A stretch of 64,000 nucleotides of DNA, from assembly GCA_028287785.1 (NCBI GenBank), contig JAQBOZ010000004.1, forward strand, positions 47,288 to 111,287, written 5' to 3'. The position numbers and the translations under genes are program-made. The DNA comes from Chlorobiota bacterium. GTDB taxonomy: Bacteria; Bacteroidota; Ignavibacteria; OLB7. The notes beneath the pieces are model-generated. The model was not told the DNA's origin, ran no database searches, and worked only from the letters and a program-made list of their open reading frames with translations. Numbering within the stretch: the first letter of the stretch is position 1; each line of letters begins with the position of its first letter. Shown piece by piece: positions 47,175-55,946 of this stretch.

Positions 47175-49643
47175 ATGATGAACATTTTCGGTAGACCGTA
47201 CAGTTCGATCGTCTGGTGGCTCCTGCGGGGATTGCTTCCGCTTGCCCTGACGCTTGCGGCCCGGTCAACCGTGGTGGCGCAGTCGCCGGGGGATGGGCCG
47301 GTTGCATCCCGGCCTCCGTTGCCGATCGCCGTTCATCCGATTCTGGTCGCCGTGGAGTTCGAGGGGAACGACAAGCTGACCGACGAGCAGCTCCTGACCG
47401 TCATGGAGACGCATCCCACCAAGATCCCCCTCATCAAGCGCTTCTTTTCGCTTATCGGCTCGGTGATCACCGAGTTTGCTTCCACCGCGGACAGCGCCGA
47501 GGTTCAACGGACCATCGACAGCCTTGGCGGGGAAGTCCGCTATCTCAACCTGACCACCGCCGCCGCCGATACCGCGCGGATGCTCGGCCTCTACAATGAC
47601 TTCGGCTATCACGATGCCCACATCCGGTTTCGCCTCCTGCTCGATACGGCCCGCAACACATCGATCATCCGCTATATCATCCAGGAGAACCCGCGCTACG
47701 CGATCAACGGCGTTCATTATTTCGGGCTGGAGGATGTCCCCGAGGAGATCACAAGCGATCTGATCCACCCGCAGATCCTCGATCTTGGACGCGGGTTTTC
47801 GAAGGATGATCTCCTCGCCGAAAGCGACAGAATCGTGGGGTCGCTCAAGAACAGCGGCTATGCATTCGCGGCCTGGACCACGCCGACGCTGCTGACGGCG
47901 CGCAAGCCATTCGTCGCCGAGCCGTTCGATTCCGCGCTGGTGTTTATCTATCCCGGCACGCGGTATCGCGTGGGGCAGACGATCTACACTCCCGACACGG
48001 TATCGAAGGAGCAGCAGGTGGATAGCGCGCTGGTGCTGGACCAGCGGGAGTACAACGAGGGGGAATGGTACAACAAGGAGCTGATCGACCAGACCGTGGC
48101 GAACCTCTACGAGCTGGGGACGTTCGATATCGTCAGCATCGATACCGTTCGCGCGCTTACCACCGACAGCATCCTCGGCCTCAATATCAACACGCGGCTC
48201 AGGGCCCTTCACGATTTCCGCACCTCCCCCGAGTTCTCTCTGGAGAAGCGTTTCAGCGAGTATGTCCCGAACCTGGGCATCACATCCGAGTATATACTCT
48301 ACAACCTCTTCGGGAAGGCGCAGCGGGCAAGCGTTTCAGGTCGCTTCCTTACGCCGCTTCGAAGCCTTGCAACGCAGTATCCGCTTACCGAATCGCAGGG
48401 AGGGGTGGCCGCGTCATATTATTTCCCCTCGGCGCCCTGGGTTCCGTTCATCGGCGGCAAACGGCTCAGCCTTCTTGCCTCGGGGAGCGGCGATTTCAAT
48501 GTGGTGGATCGTCTGCGGGACAACATCTCCGGCAAGAACGATGTCACGCTCCGATCGCTTCACGCGGCGGGCGTCTTCGAGCTGGCCTACCGTCTCCCCC
48601 GCTATACGCTGTTCAATCTCCTTTCCTTACGGATAACGCTTCCCTCCTTCACCAAGTACTATACGATCGGCCCGTACATCAGGCAGCTTGCGAGGTTGCG
48701 GGTGCAGGACTCCGCCGCGAGCCTTCCGGCCGGCTGCGACACGACGCAGCTTCAGAATGCGATCGAGCGGACGCTGATCGATAATGTCTACCGTCTTCAG
48801 GTGCTTCAGGGGGATGACCCGTCGCTCCTGGCGCCGGGAGATGCCAAGGCGCGCGAGCAGTTCAACAAGCTCAAGTGGACCTATATTCTGGATCTCTCGG
48901 CGATCGGCGATCATCGCGATGACTACTTCTCACCGACGAGCGGCAACCTGATCGACGGGCGCGCGGAGTTCGGGGTGACGGGTGGTTTATCCGGCGGGTT
49001 TCTGAAGGGGGAGATTCACTACAGGAAGTTCATTCCGATGAACGATCGTCTGGTGTTTGCGTACCGGGGGCATATCGGCATGGTATGGGAGGTCGGGGCG
49101 CTTCCGCTGACGCCGATCAGCAGCAGATTTTCAGCCGGTGGGGCAAGCAGCCTTCGTGGCTGGGCCGCCGGCGACATGCTGGCAACCCGCTCGCCGGAGG
49201 TGGCCGATTCCGCCACCGCGAGCTGCGCCGATCCGATCATCAAATCGATCGTCGATGAGAACCGTCGCCTGCTTGGCGGGCTTGGCCTTCTGGAGATCAG
49301 CGCCGAGTTCCGCTATCATCCGTTCGATCTTCCGAACAGCTCGTCGCTCGGCCATCAGTTGAACCAGCTTGTGCTCGTCGGGTTCGCGGACGCCGGGAAC
49401 GCCTTCTTTCGCGATCGGGAGGATATCCGTCGCGTCTCGCTCGATTACATCTGGTCGAACATCGGCCTGGATGTCGGGCTGGGGTTGGGATACGATACGC
49501 CGATCGGGCCAATCCGCATCGGCGCCGGCATACCGATCTACGACCCCGTCACATTCGGGCTGGAGGGGAGAACCCGGTGGATCACGAACCGGCCGTTCTT
49601 TCCATCGCTTGTGGTACATTTCGGCATCGGGCACGCGTTCTAG
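47175..49643 (+). CDS. bamA: Omp85/BamA-family outer-membrane protein assembly factor
   Basis: The ATG at 47175 gives a signal peptide ending AARSTVVAQ. It has POTRA-like repeats (VEFEGNDKLTDEQLL...) and a C-terminal surface-antigen barrel ending HFGIGHAF. Confidence 0.8.
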   Translation: MMNIFGRPYSSIVWWLLRGLLPLALTLAARSTVVAQSPGDGPVASRPPLPIAVHPILVAVEFEGNDKLTDEQLLTVMETHPTKIPLIKRFFSLIGSVITEFASTADSAEVQRTIDSLGGEVRYLNLTTAAADTARMLGLYNDFGYHDAHIRFRLLLDTARNTSIIRYIIQENPRYAINGVHYFGLEDVPEEITSDLIHPQILDLGRGFSKDDLLAESDRIVGSLKNSGYAFAAWTTPTLLTARKPFVAEPFDSALVFIYPGTRYRVGQTIYTPDTVSKEQQVDSALVLDQREYNEGEWYNKELIDQTVANLYELGTFDIVSIDTVRALTTDSILGLNINTRLRALHDFRTSPEFSLEKRFSEYVPNLGITSEYILYNLFGKAQRASVSGRFLTPLRSLATQYPLTESQGGVAASYYFPSAPWVPFIGGKRLSLLASGSGDFNVVDRLRDNISGKNDVTLRSLHAAGVFELAYRLPRYTLFNLLSLRITLPSFTKYYTIGPYIRQLARLRVQDSAASLPAGCDTTQLQNAIERTLIDNVYRLQVLQGDDPSLLAPGDAKAREQFNKLKWTYILDLSAIGDHRDDYFSPTSGNLIDGRAEFGVTGGLSGGFLKGEIHYRKFIPMNDRLVFAYRGHIGMVWEVGALPLTPISSRFSAGGASSLRGWAAGDMLATRSPEVADSATASCADPIIKSIVDENRRLLGGLGLLEISAEFRYHPFDLPNSSSLGHQLNQLVLVGFADAGNAFFRDREDIRRVSLDYIWSNIGLDVGLGLGYDTPIGPIRIGAGIPIYDPVTFGLEGRTRWITNRPFFPSLVVHFGIGHAF

Positions 49644-49659
49644 CAGGTCATTCTGCATG

Positions 49660-49800
49660 GGGTTGTACCCCACGCAGAAGCTATGGCGCCCCGTTGGGGC
49701 TCAAGGTAAATTCTGCCTTGGCATCTTCTTTCTTTAAGCCCCGGACGGGCGCAGTTCCCGGTGCGCGGGGCATCGCCCCATGCACAGGTCGCTCTCAATA
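49660..49800. repeat. Structured intergenic repeat (copy C) with an inverted pair of the short hairpin motif
   Basis: CGCCCCGTTGGGGCT (49687-49701) is in reverse orientation and AGCCCCGGACGGGCG (49737-49751) is forward. GTGCGCGGGGCATCGCCCCATGCA and an AATATCATT tail follow, aligning with the tails of copies A and B. Confidence 0.55.
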
Positions 49801-49818
49801 TCATTCGTCAATCAACAC

Positions 49819-50166
49819 ATGCCTACGTACGACTATCAGTGCAAAACCTGCGGTCATCGCTTCGAATATTTCCAGTCCATCATGTCCGATGCTCTCGAAC
49901 ATTGCCCGCAGGATCTGTGCGCTCTGGTGGACGAGTCGAAGAAGGGAACCGGTGATGTGGTCAGGCGGGTGAGCGGTGGCGCGGGGCTGGTGTTCAAGGG
50001 GGAGGGATTCTACGAGACCGATTATGTCCGTAAGAAAGAAGGGGGGGCCGGGGGGACGAAACCATCAGGGGAACCCAAACCGGCCGGGGAATCCAAACCA
50101 TCAGGGGAATCAAAGCCCTCGGGCGGATCGGGAGAGAGTGGCGGATCATCCTCGCCGGCGTCATAG
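49819..50166 (+). CDS. FmdB-family zinc-ribbon protein with a C-terminal KPSGE-type repeat tail
   Basis: MPTYDYQCKTCGHRFE and a second C-containing knuckle (HCPQDLC) form the zinc ribbon. The tail reads KPSGEPKPAGESKPSGESKPSGGSGESGG. Confidence 0.8.
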   Translation: MPTYDYQCKTCGHRFEYFQSIMSDALEHCPQDLCALVDESKKGTGDVVRRVSGGAGLVFKGEGFYETDYVRKKEGGAGGTKPSGEPKPAGESKPSGESKPSGGSGESGGSSSPAS

Positions 50167-50224
50167 AGGTTGCCGGGTGTTCGGCGCGGACCCGGTACAG
50201 AATCCGGGTCCGTTCAGGGGGACA

Positions 50225-50719
50225 TCACCATCGCTGTTTTCGCGCGGACACCAGCATCACCAGCGTGGCTATCACGGCCGTGTAGAGTGCGGCCGCGATG
50301 CCGCTCCGGAGGAAGAATCTGGCAAACGAGAGATCGGTCGGCTGGACGTAGAAGAAATAGTAGATGATGTTGTGCACCAGCGCCGAGATCACGACGATGC
50401 CGAGGAACCTGAAATTTCCCACCGAATCCTGAATGTTCCGCTTCTCATCGAAGAAATATCCGGCGATAAAGCCGGCCAGCATTTTCGAGAGCGCGTTGGT
50501 GCCCACGATATCGCTGGAGATCAGATCGAATGAAAGCCCGATCAGAAATCCCGCCACCAGCCCGGTGAACTGTCCCTCGCGAATCGCGATAAAGACCGTC
50601 AGGATCACCAGAAGATCGGGTGTGATATTCTCCACCGCGATGTAGCCCAGGTTGAGCTGCACCAGCAGAAGGATCAACGCGGCGATCGCGTACCAGAGGA
50701 GGTTCATATACGCGATCAT
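50225..50719 (-). CDS. mreD: Rod shape-determining protein MreD
   Basis: It is a polytopic membrane protein and overlaps the mreC stop by 4 nt, downstream of mreB-mreC. Confidence 0.8.
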   Translation of the reverse strand: MIAYMNLLWYAIAALILLLVQLNLGYIAVENITPDLLVILTVFIAIREGQFTGLVAGFLIGLSFDLISSDIVGTNALSKMLAGFIAGYFFDEKRNIQDSVGNFRFLGIVVISALVHNIIYYFFYVQPTDLSFARFFLRSGIAAALYTAVIATLVMLVSARKQRW

Positions 50720-51579
50720 CGCTTCTTGCCCCGATGCGTCTGCGGTTGTTCCGGCTCCGTGAACTTCTTCTCCAGATCCAGCCGTGACTGATCGGGGGAG
50801 TAGAGGACCACGAACGCCTCTTCAAGCGTCGCGAAGTTCACCGCCGGCGTCACCTTGATCTTGAAGAAGAGCGTCCCCTGCTCGGGGCTGATCTCCGTCA
50901 CCGTGCCGATCACGATGTTCTCGGGATAGAGCGAGGAGTAGTTGGAGGTGACAACGGTGTCGCCGATCTTCTGCGGCTGGACCGTTGGAATATTTCTGAG
51001 CGTGAGGGAGGATGCGCCGTCCCAGGCGATCAACCCGTCGTTCCGCCCCATGGTGGTTTTCGCGGCCACGCGCGTATCGCGATTCAGCAGCAGCTGCACC
51101 ACGGTGTAATCGTTGTTCATGCCGATCACGCGACCCACCAGGCCCCGCTCGGTGATCACCGGCATGCCTTCCTTGACGCCATCCTTTGCTCCCACGTTGA
51201 GCGTGGCGTAGTTACGCAACTGGATGGTGGTCTTGCCGATGACTTCGGCGGAGACCAGCTTGAGCGGCACATGCTGTTTGAATTCCAGCATCGCGCGCAG
51301 CTTTTCCAGCTTGATGCCGGCATCGCGGAGCTGCATTGCCTGAAGGGAGAGATCCTTGTTCAACTGGCGGAGCGCGTGGTTTTCGGTCTGGAGCGAGAAA
51401 GGGTTGGGGAGCCAGCTCAGCGCCGATTGAACGCCGGCGACCACGCCGACCGATATCGTCCGGAACGAGCGTAGCTGTGAGTTGCTGCTGGCCGAGATCA
51501 TCAACAGCGAGATGATGATCAGCCCCAGCGCGGTGGCATATTCCTTATAGCGGAGAAAAAGCTCAGCGATACGCCGCAT
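50716..51579 (-). CDS. mreC: Rod shape-determining protein MreC
   Basis: It has an N-terminal TM segment and a coiled-coil (ENHALRQLNKDL). The beta-barrel domains include GMPVITERGLVGRV. Confidence 0.9.
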   Translation of the reverse strand: MRRIAELFLRYKEYATALGLIIISLLMISASSNSQLRSFRTISVGVVAGVQSALSWLPNPFSLQTENHALRQLNKDLSLQAMQLRDAGIKLEKLRAMLEFKQHVPLKLVSAEVIGKTTIQLRNYATLNVGAKDGVKEGMPVITERGLVGRVIGMNNDYTVVQLLLNRDTRVAAKTTMGRNDGLIAWDGASSLTLRNIPTVQPQKIGDTVVTSNYSSLYPENIVIGTVTEISPEQGTLFFKIKVTPAVNFATLEEAFVVLYSPDQSRLDLEKKFTEPEQPQTHRGKKR

Positions 51580-51686
51580 GGAGGTCTACGTCAGAAGGCA
51601 GTATTCATGATGCACGGTATCGGGAGTCCAGGTGCCGGCGGGCCGGTTCACCGATGGAACGCACGAGCCGGCCGGATGGATGGAAC

Positions 51687-52706
51687 TCAATACCGCCTGC
51701 TCTTGATCAGCACCTGGGAATATTGATTCAGGTTCTCCAGAACCTTTCCGGTGCCGCGGACAACCGCCGTCAGCGGGTCCTCGGCGACGAAGACCGGGAG
51801 CGATGTCTCGCGACGGAGGCGCTCATCCAGGCCGCGGAGCAGCGCCCCGCCACCGGTGAGCATGATGCCACGATCGAGGATATCGGCCGAGAGTTCCGGC
51901 GGGGTCCGTTCCAGCGAGAGCTTCACCGCGTCCACGATGGCGAGGATCGGCTCGGAGAGCGCCTCACGGATTTCGGAGCTGGTGACGGTGGTCATTCTTG
52001 GAACGCCGGCCACCAGATCGCGACCGCGCACCTCGACCTGCACCTCTTCGTCCAGCGGCATCGCCGCTCCAACCTCGTGCTTGATCCCCTGCGCCGTCGG
52101 CTCGCCGATAAGGATGTTGTGATTCTTCTTGAAAAACTGGAGGATGGCGTTGGTCATCTCGTCGCCGGCAATCCTGATCGATTCGTCGTTGACGATGCCG
52201 GCCAGCGCGATCACGGCGATCTCCGTGGTGCCGCCGCCGATATCGATGATCATATTTCCCACCGGCGCTTCCACGTCCAGGCCGATGCCGATCGCCGCCG
52301 CCATCGGCTCCGCGATCAGATGGACCTCCTTTGCTCCGGCGTGTTCCGCCGAATCGCGAACTGCGCGCTTCTCAACTTCCGTGATGCCCGAGGGAACGCA
52401 GACCACAATCCTCCGCGATGGCTGCCAGGAGGAGGATATCTTCCGGATGAATGCCCTCAGCATCCCTTCCGCGATCTCGAAATCCGCGATCACCCCATCC
52501 TTAAGTGGGCGAATCGTGCGGATATCTTTATGAGTTTTACCAATCATCGCCTGGGCTTCACGCCCGATGGCAACGATTTTCTTGGTTGTACGGTCGAAAG
52601 CTACTATCGAAGGCTCGTTGAGCACGATGCCCTTGCCCTTCATCCAGATCAGGGTATTGGCTGTGCCAAGGTCTACGGCTATGTCGTTGGAGAGAACACC
52701 TAACAC
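51687..52706 (-). CDS. mreB: Rod shape-determining actin homolog MreB
   Basis: Family motifs are DIAVDLGTANTLIW, IIDIGGGTTEIAV and GIMLTGGGALLRGLD. Confidence 0.95.
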   Translation of the reverse strand: MLGVLSNDIAVDLGTANTLIWMKGKGIVLNEPSIVAFDRTTKKIVAIGREAQAMIGKTHKDIRTIRPLKDGVIADFEIAEGMLRAFIRKISSSWQPSRRIVVCVPSGITEVEKRAVRDSAEHAGAKEVHLIAEPMAAAIGIGLDVEAPVGNMIIDIGGGTTEIAVIALAGIVNDESIRIAGDEMTNAILQFFKKNHNILIGEPTAQGIKHEVGAAMPLDEEVQVEVRGRDLVAGVPRMTTVTSSEIREALSEPILAIVDAVKLSLERTPPELSADILDRGIMLTGGGALLRGLDERLRRETSLPVFVAEDPLTAVVRGTGKVLENLNQYSQVLIKSRRY

Positions 52707-52846
52707 GGGAAGGTTGAGAAAGGAGTTGTAGAAAACAAAAGAGCGATTCGCGCAGAAGTGAATCGCCTCCCGAAAAACGGCACAAATATCACCATTAAGT
52801 AAGGGCTATCCAAGCAGCAGCCCTTATTTCAAGGCGTCGGAACGAA

Positions 52847-53311
52847 TTATTTCCTGTTCAACAGGTCGCGGGCCCGGTCCTCCGCTGCATACGCTTCCTT
52901 CTCCGCCGGAATATCCCTGTATGCGCCATGCCAGCGCGAACGAAATGCCCGAAACGTTCCGGTATTCTTACCCGCGTCGCCATGCAGAACATTGCGAAGC
53001 CAGCTGGCGATATATCGGATATAGAAAAATCTCTTTTCCCGCTGCTGGCGCACATGTTCGGCCTCATGACGGAGCAGCGCTATCAATGCGGAGGGGGAAT
53101 ATGCCAGGGCCTGTTCCAGAAGATACACTCTTCCGAGGAGAGTTATGCCGATCATTCCAAATCGGTCGACGCGGAAGGGAAGGGTGGAGGAGATGATGAC
53201 CTGAAAATCGGTCGGGGCATCGCGGAAGATCTCATCGATCGTCTCATGGCGCAGCCCGAGCGCACGCGCCGAAGCCGCCAGCATGCCCCCGGCCTCTACA
53301 ACGTCTCGCAC
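52847..53311 (-). CDS. DUF4157-like stand-alone HExxH protein
   Basis: ITLLGRVYLLE...LLRHEAEHVRQQ matches the DUF4157 core (AfTxGxxIxF ... LLaHElxHVxQQ). The start is uncertain. A start at 53311 overlaps upp by 16 nt, and the ATG at 53284 does not. Confidence 0.6.
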   Translation of the reverse strand: MRDVVEAGGMLAASARALGLRHETIDEIFRDAPTDFQVIISSTLPFRVDRFGMIGITLLGRVYLLEQALAYSPSALIALLRHEAEHVRQQREKRFFYIRYIASWLRNVLHGDAGKNTGTFRAFRSRWHGAYRDIPAEKEAYAAEDRARDLLNRK

Positions 53312-53952
53312 AGACGGTCCCCCGCATCCCCCAGACCCGGACGGATAAAGCCGCTGGCATCCAGCATCCGGTCCAGCGACGCGGTATAGATCGAGACATC
53401 GGGATAGGCGGCGGCCACGGCGCCAACCCCTTCCGGCGCCGCGATGATGGAGAGGACGGAGATGGTTGCGATCGATTCCAGGGGAAGAGCGGCAAGCGCC
53501 GCGTTGATGCTCCCGCCGGTGGCAAGCATCGGGTCCAGCAGAAAGAGATGGGCTCCGGTCAGATCGGGGAGGTTCCGGTAGTATTCGTAGGGGAGGAGGG
53601 TCTCCTCGTTCCGCCGAAGGCCGATATATCCGGTGGCTGCGGCCGGGACCACGTCCAGAAATCCCTGAAGCATTCCAAGCCCCGCCCTCAGGATCGGCGT
53701 TGCCACGATCCTTCCGGAGAGGCAGGAGATCCTGACGCGCTCCAGCGGGGTCTCCACTTCCAATTCGGTCAGCGGAAGATTCCTCGTCGCCTCGTACGCA
53801 AGCGCGCGGGCGATCTGATGGGCCGCCGTGCGGAACTCCACCGTCGATGTATCGCGACGGCGCATTCTGCCGAGCGCCTCGGCTACGGCGCTGTGCCGGA
53901 TCACCCTGAGCGGTCCGGTGATTGGTTCTGCGGTCATGAGAGTGTGTGCCAT
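53296..53952 (-). CDS. upp: Uracil phosphoribosyltransferase
   Basis: It has the PRPP loop LLDPMLATGGS and the C-terminal IRPGLGDAGDRL. Confidence 0.9.
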   Translation of the reverse strand: MAHTLMTAEPITGPLRVIRHSAVAEALGRMRRRDTSTVEFRTAAHQIARALAYEATRNLPLTELEVETPLERVRISCLSGRIVATPILRAGLGMLQGFLDVVPAAATGYIGLRRNEETLLPYEYYRNLPDLTGAHLFLLDPMLATGGSINAALAALPLESIATISVLSIIAAPEGVGAVAAAYPDVSIYTASLDRMLDASGFIRPGLGDAGDRLCETL

Positions 53953-54004
53953 GCTCTGAACGGGCTGCGATGGAATGGGCTGTGGCCCGCTCCGATATCG
54001 AATC

Positions 54005-55498
54005 CTAGAAAAGCTTTGTGAAATCCGGATAGAGCAGAATGCCGACGCGGGGCTGGCTCACCGAGAATTCCTGTTTCCGCTGCGGGAGCGGCCGCTCGCC
54101 CAGAATCGTCCCATAGCGCCATTCAGCCGTCGGGGCCACCGTTCCAAAGGGGGTCTCCAGGTTGAGCGTCACGCCGATCGCGACGCTCGGCCCCCAGTTG
54201 TTCTCGACCGAGTCCACATATTTCTTCCTGTCGAACTCGTTCCGGGAGATCAGATAGCTGTCGATGCCGAACTGGTTATGGAAATAGGTAAGGCCAAGCG
54301 AGCCGTAGAGGGTGATCGTCTTCCGTGGGTTCGCGGTGAACCGCATGCTGATATCGAACGTGTTATGATGATTCGGCGGCACGGTGATCCCCGCGTCCTG
54401 CGGGTTGGCCGCCCGCGTGGCGATAAACGAGGAGTCGAACGGGTTGCCGGCCACCGTGACCGCCGTGTAGATAAGGTCGATCTGCAGCCAGTTCACGCCG
54501 AGCGGCTGAAGCGGCGCCACCGTCCCCCAGATGCCGAACCCGGTTGCCGTGGCATCGGTGCTGGCGCCCCGGATATAGGACGAAGAGGCGAAGTGCACGC
54601 CAAGGCCGACCAGCTTGTTGAAGGGAGGGTCCTGTTTTGCCGTGGTATCTATCTCACGCACCGGCGCCGGTGACGTTGGCTGTGCGATGGCCCTGACGCC
54701 CGCCGCGCCGAGAAGTGCGACGAGCAGGAGAGCGAGCCGGAAAAAACGTTGCGCGTTTGCTGTTGTCATCAATGTGATTGTCTCAATGGTTTCTCCCCGT
54801 ATCTCGGCGATCTTCGCCGCAACAAGGCTGACGTAGCCCGGCTCATTACGCTTCCCGCGATACGGCACGGGGGTAAGATACGGGGCGTCCGTCTCGATCA
54901 TGAACCTGTCGGCCGGGACGGAGCGGACAACCCCGTCGAGCGTTGAATTCTTATAGGTGATGTTCCCGGTAAACGAGACCATCCCTCCAAGATCCATCGC
55001 CCGCCGGAGCACCTCTTCACTGCTCGAAAAGCAATGGAGCTGGAACCTGAGCAGGCCATCCTGCTCCTCCTCGATAATCCTCATCAGATCGTCGTCCGAC
55101 TCGCGGTTGTGAACCACCGCGGGCAGGCCGGTCCGTTTCGCTATCCGAAGCTGGTCCCGGAAGATTTCGTGCTGGCGCTCCTTCGGGGCGAACTCATAGT
55201 AGTAATCGAGCCCTATCTCTCCAATGGCAATCGCCTTCCCCTCCGTCCCCAGCCGCTCGATCTCCAGAAGATCGTCTCCGTCTATCTCGTGCGCGTGATG
55301 CGGATGCACCCCCACCGCCACCCTCACCTCGGGAAAGCGATCGGCCAGCGCCAGCGCCGGCGCGAACTCCGATGGCTTCGTCGTGGGAACCACGATTGTT
55401 TCAACGCCGGCCTCCCGTGCCCGCCCGATCACCTGATCGATGTCATCGGCGAACCGGTCCACGTAGATATGGGAGTGCGTATCAATCAGCGAGCGCAT
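54005..55498 (-). CDS. tatD: TatD-family metal-dependent hydrolase (aa 1-255) continuing in frame into a signal-peptide-like segment plus a beta-barrel-like 240-aa module
   Basis: TatD motifs are IDTHSHI, EIGLDYY, VHNRES and IETDAPYL, with a typical TatD C-terminal end TTANAQRFFRL. No stop follows. The frame continues through LALLLVALLGAAGVRAIAQP into an alternating-strand domain ending DFTKLF. An in-frame ATG lies at 54769. Confidence 0.8.
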   Translation of the reverse strand: MRSLIDTHSHIYVDRFADDIDQVIGRAREAGVETIVVPTTKPSEFAPALALADRFPEVRVAVGVHPHHAHEIDGDDLLEIERLGTEGKAIAIGEIGLDYYYEFAPKERQHEIFRDQLRIAKRTGLPAVVHNRESDDDLMRIIEEEQDGLLRFQLHCFSSSEEVLRRAMDLGGMVSFTGNITYKNSTLDGVVRSVPADRFMIETDAPYLTPVPYRGKRNEPGYVSLVAAKIAEIRGETIETITLMTTANAQRFFRLALLLVALLGAAGVRAIAQPTSPAPVREIDTTAKQDPPFNKLVGLGVHFASSSYIRGASTDATATGFGIWGTVAPLQPLGVNWLQIDLIYTAVTVAGNPFDSSFIATRAANPQDAGITVPPNHHNTFDISMRFTANPRKTITLYGSLGLTYFHNQFGIDSYLISRNEFDRKKYVDSVENNWGPSVAIGVTLNLETPFGTVAPTAEWRYGTILGERPLPQRKQEFSVSQPRVGILLYPDFTKLF

Positions 55499-55946
55499 CG
55501 ATCACCTCCGCCACGTGCCCCGGCACCTTCACCTTCGGAAAGACCTTTGCGATCGTTCCCTCTTCATCGATGATGAATGTGGTCCGTTCCACCCCCATAT
55601 ATTTTCTGCCGTACATCGATTTTTCCTTCCAGACGCCGTAGGCCTGGCTGATCGCCGTATCCACATCCGCCAGCAGCGGAAATGCCAGCGATTCCTTCGT
55701 CGCGAACTTGGCATGCCGGGCCGCCGAATCGGGGCTGACGCCGAGAAGGACGGCGCCGTTGGCGGTTACGCGGGCCATGTTGTCGCGGAAGTCGCAGGCT
55801 TCGGCCGTGCAGCCGCTGGTCATGTCCTTCGGGTAGAAATACAGAACGATCTTCCTTCCCCGATAGTCTTTCAAATGGTGAACCCGGCCATTCTGGTCGG
55901 GCGCGGAGAAGTCAGGGGCGATGTCTCCCATCTGCGGCATGGTCAT
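55482..55946 (-). CDS. bcp: Thioredoxin-dependent peroxiredoxin Bcp
   Basis: DFSAPDQNGRVHHLKDYRGRKIVLYFYPKDMTSGCTAEAC contains the PxxxTxxC peroxidatic site. Confidence 0.9.
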   Translation of the reverse strand: MTMPQMGDIAPDFSAPDQNGRVHHLKDYRGRKIVLYFYPKDMTSGCTAEACDFRDNMARVTANGAVLLGVSPDSAARHAKFATKESLAFPLLADVDTAISQAYGVWKEKSMYGRKYMGVERTTFIIDEEGTIAKVFPKVKVPGHVAEVIDALAD

